Shown piece by piece: positions 1 through 14,940 of a stretch of DNA of 64,000 nt (its first letter is position 1; each line of letters starts with the position of its first letter). Made by a program: the position numbers and the translations under genes. Under the pieces are notes generated by a model. It saw only the letters and a list, made by a program, of their open reading frames with translations, made no database searches and was not told the origin of the DNA. This stretch comes from the human T2T-CHM13v2.0 reference genome, Homo sapiens. Location: assembly GCF_009914755.1 (NCBI RefSeq), contig NC_060926.1; one strand, 5' to 3'.

Positions 1-129
1 GGTGTGGTGGCGGGTGCCTGTAGTCCCTTGGGAGGTTGAGGAGAATCACTTGACCCCTGGAGGCGGAAGTTGCAGTGAGCTGAGATTGCGCCATTGCACT
101 CCAGCCTGAACTACAAGAGCGAAACTCCG
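1..129 (+). mobile_element. Alu right arm (AluS-like), cut by window edge, no A-tail
   Basis: GGCGGGTGCCTGTAGTCCC...TTGCAGTGAGCTGAGATTGCGCCATTGCACTCCAGCCTG...AAGAGCGAAACTCC; runs directly into the next Alu. Confidence 0.9.
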
Positions 130-386
130 CGAGGCGAGTGGATCACAAGGTCAGGAGATCGAGACCATCCTGACTAACACGGTGAAACCCTGTCTCTACT
201 AAAAATACAAAAAATTAACCAGGCTTGGTGGCGGGCGCCTGTAGTCCCAGCTACTCAGGAGGCTGAGGCAGGAGAATGGCGTGAACCCGGGAGAAGGAGC
301 TTGCAGTGAGCCGAGATCGCACCAGTCCACTCCAGCCTGGGCAACAGAGCAAGACTCCATCTCAAAAACAAAACAAAACAAAAAAC
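130..386 (+). mobile_element. 5'-truncated AluY with (CAAAA)n tail
   Basis: AluY features GGTCAGGAGATCGAGACCATCCTG, GAATGGCGTGAACCCGGG, GAGCTTGCAGTGAG; starts at GAGGCG inside the left arm. Confidence 0.9.
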
Positions 387-569
387 AAGTAACTCTTTTT
401 AGTGCTGATCACTGTATATTCATCATTTCCTTTGGCAAATGTAAGAAAGTTAGAAAGCACCAGCACATCTAATTTTGCATAGCAGGAAATGACATTAAAT
501 CTGAACTCTGCTCATTTGTTCTCCATAACATCCCTGACTTCTGCCTTGGGCCTCCCTATGATAGAGTAA

Positions 570-822
570 TGTTATCCAGTAGATAAAAGGGTGTGTTCCT
601 GGGATCTGACAACCTGGTTTCCATTCCTGAATCTGTCCCTTCTGGACTCTTAGAACTTGGGCAGCTTCCATATTCTCTCTGACCTCAGTTTCCACATATA
701 TGACATAGAAATAAAAATAGTACTTCCATCATAGAGTTGTAAAAAATAAATAAACTAATATTTATGAAGCATTCAGTAGTGCCTGACTACAATAAGCACT
801 CAATAAATATTAACTATTACCA
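570..822 (+). mobile_element. MIR SINE
   Basis: Core CTCTCTGACCTCAGTTTCCACATAT and 3' end AGTGCCTGAC...AAGCACTCAATAAATATTAACTATT. Confidence 0.75.
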
Positions 823-2164
823 CTTAATCATTTCACTATACCACTATTTCACTATACCCTATTCCTTAGGGTACCATTTAGTGCTCTAAAGTGTTTATTT
901 ACTTGATAATAGTCGAGTTGCCCAAATGTGTTTTGCCTCCAAAGTAAGCAGTTCATTGTTTACCTAATTGCCTAATGGACTCTAACATATTTTAATTTGT
1001 TTGGTTAATAATAAAACCGTATAAGAAGGCATTATTCTTATCATTTAAAAAGTTATTAGAAAAAATTAATGTATATATTGAATGTGGAAAGCTTATTAAA
1101 TTCACTTCTTTGAAAATATGCTCAACTTATTAACATTTATGTTAGTTATTATTTTAAAAAGCAGTAAAAACAAAACTTTCCTATGCTTTTTCAAACAAAC
1201 TTTTTTTAGTCTATACAGAGTCAAACAGCTTTTTGATATATCTCAGTAAAATTCAGACATCTAGATCGTTCTATGTTAGTTTTCAAGTACATTCAATTTT
1301 ACAAGACATTCTTGTCTTTTTTTCTTTGTTCTCTCCCTCATTCTTTGTGGTTTTACCCTTTTTAAATTCTTCAATAAACAAAACTAACTAAAATTGTTCA
1401 AAGGTGACTTCAGCTATCTAGACCTTTGGTAACTAAAAGTTTTAGGAACCCAAAGGAGAATTTTCTCCCATTAAGCCACTTACCACAAGAATATTTGTAT
1501 ATTTATGTATTTAAATTTATCTGTTTGATTTTGAACCTATTTTATAAATAGATGAAAAGTGCTATTTTATTTAACAATAAATTTGCTATGTAAAGTTTAA
1601 AAAACTTTTTGCAAAGTGAATTGTTAGTGTCATCAATTTTTTTTCTACAATACATAATGAATTTCTTTTAAGCAAATTCCATTCGGACTTTTCCATCTCC
1701 AATAGGGGCACAATCAGGCCAACTGCAGCAGGAATGCAGCAAGATATTTGGAAGCCTTTCTACGTCGTTGTGACTGGCAAACTGTAGGATGCTTTACTAA
1801 GGCAGAAAATTCTTTCTCTGAAGTTTTTAGGAACAGGATGAGTAACTTCTCTGGGAACACTGCCATCCTGAAATCTGAAGGACAGACTGGAATTTCCAGA
1901 TTATTTAATACAGTTCCATGTCACATGCTTATCAAACTTTGCCTTCATTGATGGCCTGCCTCTTACAAAAGAGTGAAGTAATCAAAATGTGCTTTGCTTG
2001 CCTTTTTCTACAATGTAGTGTTACTCATAATATTACCTGAATCCTTACAGAACAACTGGTGCTCTCATCTTCCAAAACTTATGAGCTGTCTGTCCACTGT
2101 GGGAAAAATTAAGTGAACTAGCATCACTATATGTAGCATTCTCTAGTACACAAATACTTATGGA

Positions 2165-2295
2165 ATGACATTTAGTTCTCACAGCACAACTCTTTGAGAA
2201 AGATATTCTTCTCCCAACTTCGCAATAGGAGGGTCAGAGGTGACAAGCTTGTTCAAAGCAGAATAGCTGATTCCAAATTCAATGCTCTTTCCTAC
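2165..2295 (-). mobile_element. MIR fragment
   Basis: Antisense MIR-like TTCTCACA..AACTCTTTGAG...GGTCAGAGGTGACAAGCTTGTTCAAAGC...TGATTCCAAATTCAATGCTCTTTCC. Confidence 0.5.
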
Positions 2296-3217
2296 AAGCT
2301 ACATTTTTCTCTATTTTCTGATAACCCCTAAAAATTAACCACAAATATGTCTAATTGGAATTTTTCAGGGACTGTGGCAAAACAGGTGGGGAAATTGTTT
2401 TAGAGTTGGGAAAGAGGAGAGACTTTTCCCAGCTCTCTTCAAATTTTGATAAGTAGTCAGTTTCACAGTCTGACCATGCCTGAGTCCCAAATTTCAGGGG
2501 TTTTTTTTTGTTTTTTGTTTTTAATAATGGCATTTGTCCTTTGGTGATTCAGTTGCATGGCAATCTGAATCTTGTAGAAAAACAGCACATTCTTACCTCA
2601 GTGTGTTTCTCCTATAGTCATTTTATGCATGACCAAAATAGATCATCTCTTAAGTCTTATTACTCATTTAATCCAAAAATATTAGGAAATATCAGGAAAT
2701 CAAGAGTGACACTGTCCTACTTAGACCTAATGGTTACTTTGAAATTTTTCTTTGGTATCATTGTCAGCACTTGCAAAGAAACATAAACACTTTAAATTAA
2801 TGTTATAAAAATTAGTGCCTAGAGAAAACTTTCATGAAATGTTTAGTCATGCTTGTATGTTTACCTGATGATTCAAAAGCTTGATTATTCTGGAATGAAA
2901 CTTCATCACTATCTATCAATATACACTTGGGCAAATTCACAGATGTAACAAATTAGCATTTGTTAAAGTACATATTTTAGCTTGGAATTCATAATGAATA
3001 TTTAAAATACTTCAAATTACAAATGAATGTATATTAAATGATGTGTCATTTATTTATTAGCTATCATTATTAAGTGATGCAATGCATATTGAGTGTTTTG
3101 CCAGGAATCTGACACATAGTAAGAGTCTGATAAAAGACATTCTTGTAAATCTAAAGAGCATGACTTGATTTTATGTTCCCTTTTATTTTACATTTTATGC
3201 TGCTCTCCTCATGATAA

Positions 3218-3451
<234 letters not shown>

Positions 3452-3879
3452 TAAGTTCAAATATATATATCAAGTTGTATTGCAATAATGTTAAAATAAG
3501 GTTACTATCCATTTTACTCTCAGATCTTATGGATATCTATTGCAACTCTTTTGTAGAATCTGCATATTAATCTTGATTTTCTTCAACATTAAAAAAGATT
3601 TGTTAATCTTTCCACAAGAACATGAGGATGAATGGGGTGAGTGAAATCCTTTACCTATTTAGCACAGGATTCAAACAATAAAAATTATATCAAAAAATAA
3701 TTCTGATTATAATTCTTCATGTATATTTACCTCCATAATTAGATTATGTGCTATTTGAAGGCAAAGATTTGATTTTAGTAATCTTTACATCATTTAATTA
3801 TTCTCTCATTTAATAATTATTTATTACAAATTTGTCATATACTCAGTACAGTGCTAGCCCCAACCATACCAGAACCCAT

Positions 3880-4468
3880 GCATTTATTTCCATCTTACCA
3901 CTGCCACGAGGATCCTAGCCATCAATACTGCTTGACTGGACTCCTACAACAGCCTCCTGTTCTTATTTTAACTTGTTCCCCTCTATAATACATTCTCCAC
4001 AGAAGCCAAAGTGATTTCTTTAATTACATAAATACTCAAATGGTTCTGATGTCATTTAAAATAAAATCTAAACATCCTGGCTTACAAATCCATGCATTAG
4101 GTGGTCCCATCTTCTTCCTGGATCTCATATAACATACTACCTCTTGTCCACTACCTTCAAATCTTCAGACCTTTCATCCTTCCTTCTTTCTTCTTCCCCT
4201 GGCATTCAGATATTAGCTTGAACATCCCCCTTTCTGATCATCCATCTAAAGTAGTCACCCTGTTACTCTTCATCACTCTACTCTGCTTTTAATTCTGTAT
4301 GTAGCACCCATTGGTATCTGGTATTTCTCTCCCCACTCAAGAATGGAATTTCCAGAGACCACCTTGTCTATATGTGAGATTGCATCTTTGTCTGTCTTAC
4401 TCACCAGTATATGATCAGCAGCCAGAACATAGTAGACATTGAACAAACAGGTGCTGAATGAATGGAAG
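3880..4468 (+). mobile_element. L2 LINE 3' portion
   Basis: L2-like CTGGACTCCTACAACAGCCTCCT, ATTCTCCACAGAAGCCAAAGTGAT, terminal CATAGTAGAC...TGCTGAATGAATGGA. Confidence 0.7.
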
Positions 4469-4669
4469 GAGAGGCTACAAACAACAATACCAACAACAAT
4501 GGTAATTCACATTTCTTATCTACAAGGAGTTTTCCAGTCAAATAGGAGAAAAAGGAAAGTAACAGAAAATAACACTTGATTCCATGATAGAAGTACACAC
4601 AGGATGCCAGGAAAAAAGAGAGTCTGTTTTATTTCTGTGAATAGGGAATGATATTGAAGAGAGAGATGA

Positions 4670-4910
4670 AAAGATTTAATTTGTAAGATAAAGTAAAAGA
4701 AGGAATCCAGGATGAATCTTAGGTTGCTGATCTTGGGGACTGATTGACAAAAGTATCATTTCCCAGTATAGAGATAACATGAACAGAACCTGCCATAAGA
4801 AAATGTACATTCTATTTGGATGTGTTATGTTAGATACCTATAGCCCAAGCTGTAATGTCTAGTTATCAGCCAGGTAGAGGCATCTGGAACTCAGGAGAAA
4901 AATCTGAATA
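4670..4910 (-). mobile_element. L2 fragment
   Basis: GAAGGAATCCAGGATGAATCTTAGGTT...TCTGGAACTCAGGAGAAAAATCTG, typical of antisense L2. Confidence 0.55.
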
Positions 4911-5373
4911 GGTATATATACTAGTATATATAGGATAGAAAGTACTTTACTGCTCATTCTCACATCCATTATCTATTTGCAAATTAAAACAACTCTTTAA
5001 GGTAAGTGATATTATTTCCATAGTCAAATGAGTTATTCAAGAATAAGGCACAGAAAAAATAAGAGAGATAGAATTCAAATATTCAATTTTTTGTCCAGTG
5101 TTTTCTTCCCTATTTTTGTAAACTTCAAATATTAGAAATACAATGATGTATTGCAGAAAGAAAAATGTGTTTTTGATGGAATGGTGACAATGACGAAGAA
5201 ATACATGCTTTCCTATTTTTTAAAACTTTCTTATATTTCACACTGAAAGTTGAAAGCTTTGGTTAATTTATGGCCATCTTTAGCAGGAGATACTCCAATA
5301 AGATGCTGATTCATCAATTTTCTCATTTTCCTTTCCTTTCATGTTAGAAATCCACTTCATTAATTTCTTGGGT

Positions 5374-5393
5374 GAGAGAGAGAGAGAGAGAGA
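5374..5393. repeat. (GA)10 microsatellite
   Basis: Direct reading. Confidence 0.9.
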
Positions 5394-5896
5394 AATGCTA
5401 AGTGGCAAAGAGTGAGAGAAAAGAGGACCACCAAAGTCATTTGAGTGGTTAAAGCATTAAACATACCAAAGGAAGAAGAATAATATAGTTTTAGGTTATT
5501 CTTAATCACTTTTGTCAAAAAGATCTCAATGAAATAAATCCATATAGGACTATTTAATAAGAATATCACCAGCCCTTAAAAATTGATTGCATTTAACCTA
5601 TAAAATGAACCTGAAGGATAATTGCAGTGGATTTTGAAGAGTGGTCATTGAGTCCAGTTAGAGTGAACAGAAAGTAACACTGGAGAAGGCATTTCACTTT
5701 GTTTGCTCTAAAGTAGAAAGTGTACTTGATGTACATCCAAAGAGGTGTCTAATTGGTTATTATGAAATGGGGGACACAGTCAAAAAGAATGATAAATATT
5801 TATGGTATTGAACAGGAGTAGAGTGGAAAACTACATTCATGGCACTGAGCCCTTTGACCATATTACCAAGAATATCTGCTTTGAGAAGGATTTTAA

Positions 5897-6213
<317 letters not shown>

Positions 6214-6359
6214 CATTATAACTAAAGAAAATAGTTAGAGAAAGTACTTTATGTATAAATTTGGATTAAACAATCTTTTGTGCATTTCTTTTCACACTTT
6301 TATTTCAACACGTATTACCCTATTATAAAGTAAATATATGAAGCATAGAAAACATTAAA

Positions 6360-6441
6360 TAAGTTGGTGCAAAACTAATGGCGGTTTTGCCATTAAACAT
6401 AACAAGAAAAAAAAAACACAATTACTTTTGCACCAAACTAA
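6360..6441. mobile_element. MADE1 (Hsmar1-derived mariner MITE)
   Basis: Inverted ends TAAGTTGGTGCAAAACTAATGGCGGTTTTGCCATT ... CAATTACTTTTGCACCAAACTAA followed by TA; about 80 bp. Confidence 0.85.
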
Positions 6442-6519
6442 TATTATCTCTTCTCACTTAAATCATGAATATTTTTTCCCTATTACAAATTCAAGACACC
6501 CTGAAGTTTAAGGCATTTA

Positions 6520-6745
6520 GTTCTGAAGACAGAAATTCTGGAATTTAAATTCTGTTATTTACTACAGAGACTTGTGTAATTTGGCTTAAATTACTCAATT
6601 TTTTCTAAGATTGTATTGCCTTTAAATCTAGTGAGGATAATAAAAATACCTACCTCATAGCAGTAATGTACAAATTAAATGGGATTATACATAAAATACT
6701 TAGCACAGTGCTTAGCATATACTAATTGGTCATTAAATTATACAA
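6520..6745 (+). mobile_element. MIR SINE
   Basis: GGATAATAAAAATACCTACCTCATAG...TAAAATACTTAGCACAGTGCTTAGCATATA. Confidence 0.7.
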
Positions 6746-8234
6746 TATTTCATTATAAGTTTATACTCACATTTATTTAACCAATCCACATTTATCACCC
6801 CTGAAGTTGCTTCCAAATTTTTCCACTCTTATCAATGCTACAACAAGGTTTCTTATCTCAAAATCTTTATTATTTCTTTTCTTCCTTATGTACTCTTAAG
6901 AGTAGAAGAAATTTCTAGTTAAAATGCATGCCTATTTTAGAGCTTTTAGTCATTTACATCTCGTTCAGGAAAGAAAAAAAAAGATAAAATAAAGGTGCCT
7001 CAGTGGTACAAAGATATGTGCCTGAGAAAACTGTAACTTCACAGTGAGGGTGGGAGTTAGGAGAAAAAAATTAAAATTACAAAATCATGCCCTTAACTGA
7101 TGCAACTTCAATTAAAATGAACAATGTAAATTGCATGTAGGTGACTGGATTAAGAAAAGCCACGTATAATAGGTCAAAGGCTAAGCATTTCAGAACATTC
7201 CAGGCTTGCAATAGCATCCTGGAATAATTGATCCTGCCACCAGTTCTCTTAAGAGAATACTGACAGGCATTATGCAATGAAGAGACAAAAAATATAAACA
7301 TAAAAAATGTCAGTACCAAAAGTGATGGTTGTCCAGGAATTTTGTTAAATCTACATATAGAACACAACGTTACACACTTAAGTGTCACTAGAAGAAAAAA
7401 ATAACACAGACTATAACATATCTTTTAAAGGACTGAGACTTCAAAAATAATGGATCAGTTTATTTCTAAAGAAAATTGTGCATAAATCCAATATAAAAAC
7501 TAAATCTAGCAGCATGTCAGCTGTGTTTGACTCAGCAAGAGAAGGTACAGAGGCTTAGTGAAGAGCTGTGGACAGTCAGTAGCCAGAAAAGAGTCCAGGG
7601 ATTGGGGCTACATCCTCTTGAATCACATACCCTCCTCCATGTCATAATGTATCTACCCCAAAACTGTAAAGTAATCTTGCCAAGGAAAATTCCAAAGCCC
7701 ACAGAAGGAAGAAATTATAACTATAGAAAACTCACTAGCTCAGAAGCATAGCAGTGCATGAAATTATCTATGCAAAGGTTTGAAGCATAATGCACGATTC
7801 CCTTTGCTCTACATCTGGGTAAAAATTGCAAAATTTTCAACACAAGAAAAACTAAAAACAAAGATAAACTAATGAAAAACCTGTACAATTAAAGATGTAT
7901 TTCTACATCCTTACTCTCAGATATTGTATACAGTTTTTTTTCTTTAGGTAAAAGATATTGCAACATTTTAGGAAGCGCCCTGTTAAGCTAGTTTATAAGA
8001 TACAAGAAGGGTAATGAAAAACATATAATTCAGGGTTTACTGAGCCAATAAATGGAGGAAGAAAATAAGTCAAAGTATTCCCTTGATTTTTCCATAAGAT
8101 GCTCTAAGATGGAGTTAGGAAATCAACTAAGTGGATATGGGTAAGTGAATGTGGGTTAGATCTAAAATAGAGGCCACAAATTATCCCATGTAGCTAGAAG
8201 GAATTGTTCATTAAAAGCCTCTTAACTATCTGCT

Positions 8235-8410
8235 GTATATTACATTATTTCAATCAAACTTCTCAACCACTCTCTGAGGATACTATATTCCTCCTTTAGA
8301 AGGAATCTTGTGTATCACGTTCAACATCACACAGCTGGCAGGAGGAAGAGCTGAGATTCAAATTTAGGAATTCTGCATGATTCCAAAGTCTGTTATTTTG
8401 AACACTCTGC
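8235..8410 (-). mobile_element. MIR fragment
   Basis: TCACACAGCTGGCAGGAGGAAGAGCTGAGATTCAAATTTAGG...TGATTCCAAAGTCTG. Confidence 0.6.
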
Positions 8411-11400
8411 TATCGAACTTTTGGCTGGCAATAGCAGCTCAATGCCAGCATAGGGAAGGATCACAAAACCTGGCTCCCTAAACCTGCTGTGTAAATTTTA
8501 TATTTACATCTGATATCAAAATAGGTAATATAGCCTTGATATAGGAGAATCTGCATTACCGAATTTCCAACTTGATTATAAGGCTTCCTAACCCTGCTAA
8601 AGAAACTACAGGAGAGACTTAGATACTAGTAGCTCAAATTGATCTGTACTCTGCTACGCAAACAAAATTAATTAATGCCATTAAAAAGCTAGGATCTAGA
8701 ACATATATGAAAATGCAAATAATTAACATGGGATATATAAAAACAAAGATAAGGACTCGGTGAAGACACTTTAAAGATTAATGATAAGAACAAAAATGTG
8801 AAGTGTGATGAGTGGGAGTAAAAGGGATACTGAGAAATGTTAAGACCATGCGGTTGCCAAGGAGACACCAAACCATCTTGTGCATGACCTAGCTAGGAGA
8901 AATATTTATAAGAGAGAAAATGAGTTTGAGAGAGTTATAAGGACAATTACATTCTAAGACAGCATATGGGACAAGAAGACATACCAGAATATTTGATTTT
9001 TGAATGCTTGGTAACAAAGAAATGTTAGGGAAAATAGAAAAATATTTAAGAATGCCAAAGTTGAAGAACTGTCTGTGTAAAGAAAGGACTACCAGAGAAC
9101 AATAAATGTATTTTCACCACAAGGCACTGGGGAATAATTATCTAGTAAACAATAGAGAGTGACTTTGCTTGTGTCATTGAGGATCAGCTTTCAGAAATAC
9201 AACTTGATCATAATAAAATTATTTTAAGTCCTGAGTGATTTACTTTTTGATTTGCAAGACTAGATTTGCAGAATCAATTTATTTCTACCTATCATTGAAC
9301 ACATTATACATGCAGTTTGGGTGTCAGCCACGAGGCAATTGGTGATGTTGTATTTATAAAGCAAGACCCAATCACTAACATTACTGTCATAACAGTTAAG
9401 AGAAGATATGAGCAAACCACACCATACTAAAAAACCCATATTTTTATATACAAACTTAACTATGAATTTGGTTTATCTTTGCATATTACATAGCACCTAG
9501 AACCTTGTATATACTAATGGCTTTTGGAATTTCATTGAACAAAGCATTAATACAAATTATTAATCATCATGAATGTCAATCAAGCGTAGGCACCTTCAGA
9601 ACAAGATTTAAAGAAATAAAAATTGTGAAGAACAGTTGGGGTTTTTATATATGACTTATTTGATGTTGGTGACAATTTCTCAATTTTTGCTGCAGCAAAG
9701 ATTAATCATTCCTCTCAGTTATTCTTCAGATAATGAGAATATTTCAGCATCTACACAGCTCAATAATTCCTTGAAAAAATGATAAAATTTATGTGGTACA
9801 GTTAAACTGAAAATATTTTTGATGGTATCACCTTTGACACAAAGCTAACATCTCATCAACCTGTGTGAACATAAAAATTGCTTTCTGTTTGATTTGACTA
9901 TATTGGTAAATGTCAGAAGATCTTGCAAAATATTATGTACAAGGGACTAGGCACTCCAATAGAACATGCTGTATTTCTCAGAAAGAATCATAAGAATCTA
10001 AATTTTGAAAGAATAAGCAGAAATTCAACTGATCAAAAAAGATTTACATTAAGATATCAGTATGCATAAAGGAAAATGAATTTATTGATAATATCCAATT
10101 CACACTTTGACAATTGCAAACTTTACACTTGGTCCCCAAATACCATTGTTATTTATATTCTCACACTGAAGATAGTATTACAGCTGGTTTATTTCCATCT
10201 TTAGGAGCTGCCATGGTATTCATTGTTAAACTTGGTACTCAAAATGCCTCATGAAAAGTTCAAGCCCTAGATCTTTAAGATCTTCACAAGCAAAAAGCAT
10301 TCCCTGCAAAAGAGCCACACTTAATTGATTATAATAATGGTGTCCTTTTTTTCCACCAACATTTTTGCTTAAATAGTACAATGTTTACTTTGTTCCTTAA
10401 GAGGACAAACTTGAATTAAATTACATGTCAATCAACATAAACATTAGTCACTGCTTTTTGTCAGATCAACTTATTAACAAAAACTGCTATTACATATAAT
10501 GCATTTCTCCTTTTTTATGGCCTTGTTGTGGAGATTCATTTGTAAATTCTTCCTTATAGCATTGATTGGGTTTGCCTTAAAAAGTATATTTTGAATGAAA
10601 TTGATGATTAGAAGCCATTGTCCACCTACTTCATTACCTCAATTTATAGCAGTATGAGGATATTATTTTGACTTTTTGTGAAAACCTTTTCTAAAGAGTG
10701 TGTAATAAATAATGACAAAAGGCTTACGATACAGTTTTTTTAATGCAGGTTGGTCAAGATCTCGAATGAAATTTTAGTTTGATCTTAATAATTTTAAAAT
10801 CTCATTTTTTATGAGTTTATAAAACAAAATATATGCATATATCCTATTAGTCTTAAAAACAAATTCCTTGAGTTTTTAAGCTTGCAAATGTTCTGAATTT
10901 TTCATATGAAAAGAGTCAAATAAAAACATGATATACAAATATGTTGATCACTGCTAAAGGTATTAGTGTTGTGGTATACTTTACTGCTTTAATTTAAAGA
11001 ATAATATACCTTTAAATGTGCAATATGTTTTGGAATATAGCATAGTTAAAATGGCAATAGGTTCGTGGGAGCAGTATATGTGACTAGAAAACTTCTGGTA
11101 CTCTTCTGTATGTCAAACTACATTTATCACTCATTTCTCAATCCTATTATTTAAAAAACAAAGACTCATTCAGAGTACCACAAAAATCACTGCAAATTAT
11201 TTGGCCTCTAGATATCAGAAGACCTTATTTTATGACTTTGTCAAGCATTATAATTTTTGAAAAATGACAAAGTGTAAAGATTTTTCTTAATTATATTGAC
11301 TACTTGGAGTATATGGTTATCATTTAGATGTTTGTGTTTTGGAGTGGGGGGAGGTGTGTGGTTAGGTAAGTTTGCAAGGAACAGAGTTTGAGAAGTTAGG

Positions 11401-14400
11401 AAGAGAGTCCAAATGATATACAATATGTTAGAAAAATTGTATTTGTATTTATCATTTATTTTGCTTTCAAGTATCAGCAATATTGCTTTTGTACAAAGAA
11501 AATGAGTAGGCAGCTGCTGCATGTGGTCCAGCTCAGTTGCTAGAAAGCATCTTTTGCATTTGGGTTGCCCAGTCTGAGCATGCTCAGTTGTGATGACCAT
11601 AACTCAGGATTGATTTAATGCAGCATGAAAGTTCTGTTGTTTTGTTGATGGAAAAATACAAAATGTCTGAATTATTTCCATTGGCCTTGGGGAAAACTGG
11701 CTTCTGTGTCTGGAGCACTTCAATCCTGTGCCTTTTCTAGCACAATTATGTTCAGATTTCTGCCTCCCTTTCTAATAGTTAGAGCAGCTCCTTTGTTTTC
11801 CAGCTGAGATACTTGATGCTGATGATCACCCTTATAGTTGGCTTCTAAATACATGACAAGACATGGAGGGGAAACTGTTTCTCTTGTCAACTAGACATTA
11901 TGCTCTTCTCTGCTTTATTTTATGCAGGCTTTAGAGCATTGTCACTTCACAAGTATAACTACTCTCATTTTACATTGACTAGTACATTACTTTACAAAGT
12001 TGGAGGTGCAGCCAAAAAACTCTTTGATCAGTGAGAAGGTATTATTCAGATAGAATAGGGAAAAGTGCTATTTTCCACAAGGGAAGATTTATTAATTCTC
12101 TATAGCAGTGTGTCATTTTTAAATGACTTCTTTTAGAGTGCTGAGTTGTTCATGGTGTTGAGGAGAACTACATAATAATGACTCATATTTGGAGAACGAC
12201 TTGCTTACACATTGTAATTTAATTAATTTGGATACGGTAAATTGGCACACAGGATTCATCCCAACATCATTGTTCCATTACATACTGCAGAGGTTAGAAG
12301 ACCAAAACATACACGTCTCATGCTTTTATATATGGAATTCTGGAAATTATATTCTCTATTCCTGCAATTTAGAAAGAAATAAGGCTGGTGACTTGGCTAT
12401 TGCTGCTGACAAGTGCAGTTGAGGGGATGTCAGATTTTTCTGCATCTGTCACTAGTTTAGTGATTGTCAGGGCGGTAGTGGTCTGAGCAAAAGCAGTTTC
12501 CTGATCACTGATCTCATTTAGGACACTGTTGTTCAACTCAGTTACAATAGTAGCTTCATGATTTGCAGCTTTCTGGTTGTGATGGAGGAAGCTGCTTTCC
12601 TGACTGACCAACCTAGAAGTGTTTTCCTTGTTCTAATTTGAATACCAGGCCTGAGTCCCGTAAGTCACCTGTTCAGAAAATGTGTTAGTATTTGTTTTAT
12701 AGTATTAAATCTGTATGCTTCAATTATTTCTAGTGGTTTTTATTTACTGCAAGGTAACTCAGAGTAAAGTATTCTTATTTTCTCTGGATTTGACTGAAAA
12801 TTAGTGATAAATAAAGAATGTTAAAGACTACAGCTTCTGGTAGTTGTAGAATAGTTTATTGTACACTAATTCTCCCTTCAAGAAGAATGAGAACAGCTGC
12901 ACAAAATACAATATATATCTGCGTGAAGGTAGCTCCAGTTGAATATTGATGATATAAAACAACAATAAGAAGATCTTTTGTAGTTTAAAATAACAGGTAA
13001 ATAAAATATATGAACATTTCCCATGAATCAGGAGGAAATATAAATAGAATTAAAGTGTCCTAAGATCCTTTTACTTCCATGAAATGATAAAAGGATACAT
13101 GCAGGTCATAATCACTAGCATAACCATCAAAAGACCAATAAAAGAATATGCAGCTAACAAAGAGGTGACATGAAATAACAAAAATGGTTGATTAATCCAA
13201 GTAAAGGCAAGAAAGAAAAGAAAAAGGAAATGAAAGCAGTTTGGACATATATAAAATAAGTAATAAAATGGTACATTTATACCCCACAATAATTTTAATT
13301 ACAGTAAATGGAAACAGACAAAACAGACCAAAATTTTCAGACCTGGTAAGGAACTAAACTTAACTCAATGTTGTATACAAATTACTCATGGCTTAAAAGA
13401 ACGTAAAAAGAATGAAAGGAAAAAGAAGGATAGGCCATGTGAGCACTAGCCAAAAGAACGTTGGTGGAGATGTATACTAACATGAGACAAAGTAGGCTTT
13501 GAGACATAACCATAAAAAAGAGAAATATCTTATAAAATAGTCAATTCATCAAGAATTGATCATCATTTTGAATGTGTTTAGTATAGCCTCAAATAAGTAA
13601 AGCAAAAAAGTGATGGAACTAGAAAATGTATTAGGTAATCACAGTGTGAAATCTCAGCATTCAACCCTCTGAAACTAACAGAACAAGATAACAAAAAAAT
13701 TAGTAAGGAAATAGAAGATGGAAAAACACAAAATTAAAAATTGATCTAGTAGATATATGAAAGACAGACCTCAACAACTAAAGATGACATGTTATTTTTA
13801 AGTACAAATGAGATATTTGCAAAATTAACCATATGCTGGACCCTAAGAGTATAGTGTCTGGCAATAGTAGAGAATCTTCTTCTAAAGTTATCAATCAATA
13901 ACAAACTAATAGCTTAAAAATATTCAAATGCTCAGAAATGAAACAATACTAAATAACCCATGAGTCAAAGAGAAAATCACAATGGAAAATAAATAATTGT
14001 AACTGAATAATAATTAAAATATGACATATTTATGAGATGTAGCTAACGCAGTGCTTGGAGAGAAAGTATTGTCTTAAGTGCATATATTACAAAAGAATCT
14101 CAACTTGCATATCAAGAAGCAAAAAAAAAATAGCATATGAAACTAAAAGGAAGTATTAAAAGTAAGAAAGATAAAAAATCAATATTTAAAGAACAATTAT
14201 TTTCTGTTTTAACAAAGACAAAAGTTGTTTTCTCAAAATAACTTTCAAAATGATGGCAGCTTGGCAAAGCTGATGAAAACAAAATATAAAAGAGTACAAA
14301 TTACCAATATTATGAATCAAAATAAAGTTTATAATAATAAATGTATTGTGGGAAATGTCATATCAATAAATTTGGAAATTTAGAAAAGAAGGTTAATCTG

Positions 14401-14600
14401 GAAAAACACAACATGTTATAAGCCACCCAGGTAGAAATAAAATCTAAATATATTTATTAAATAATTTGAATTCATAATAAAAAAACTGCAAACTAAATAC
14501 CAGGCTTAGATGACATCACTAGCAAATTCTTCCAATCATTTATGAGAGAAAGAATATCAAATATATGCCAGTCATCCAACATAAGAAAGAAGAAAATTGT

Positions 14601-14940
<340 letters not shown>

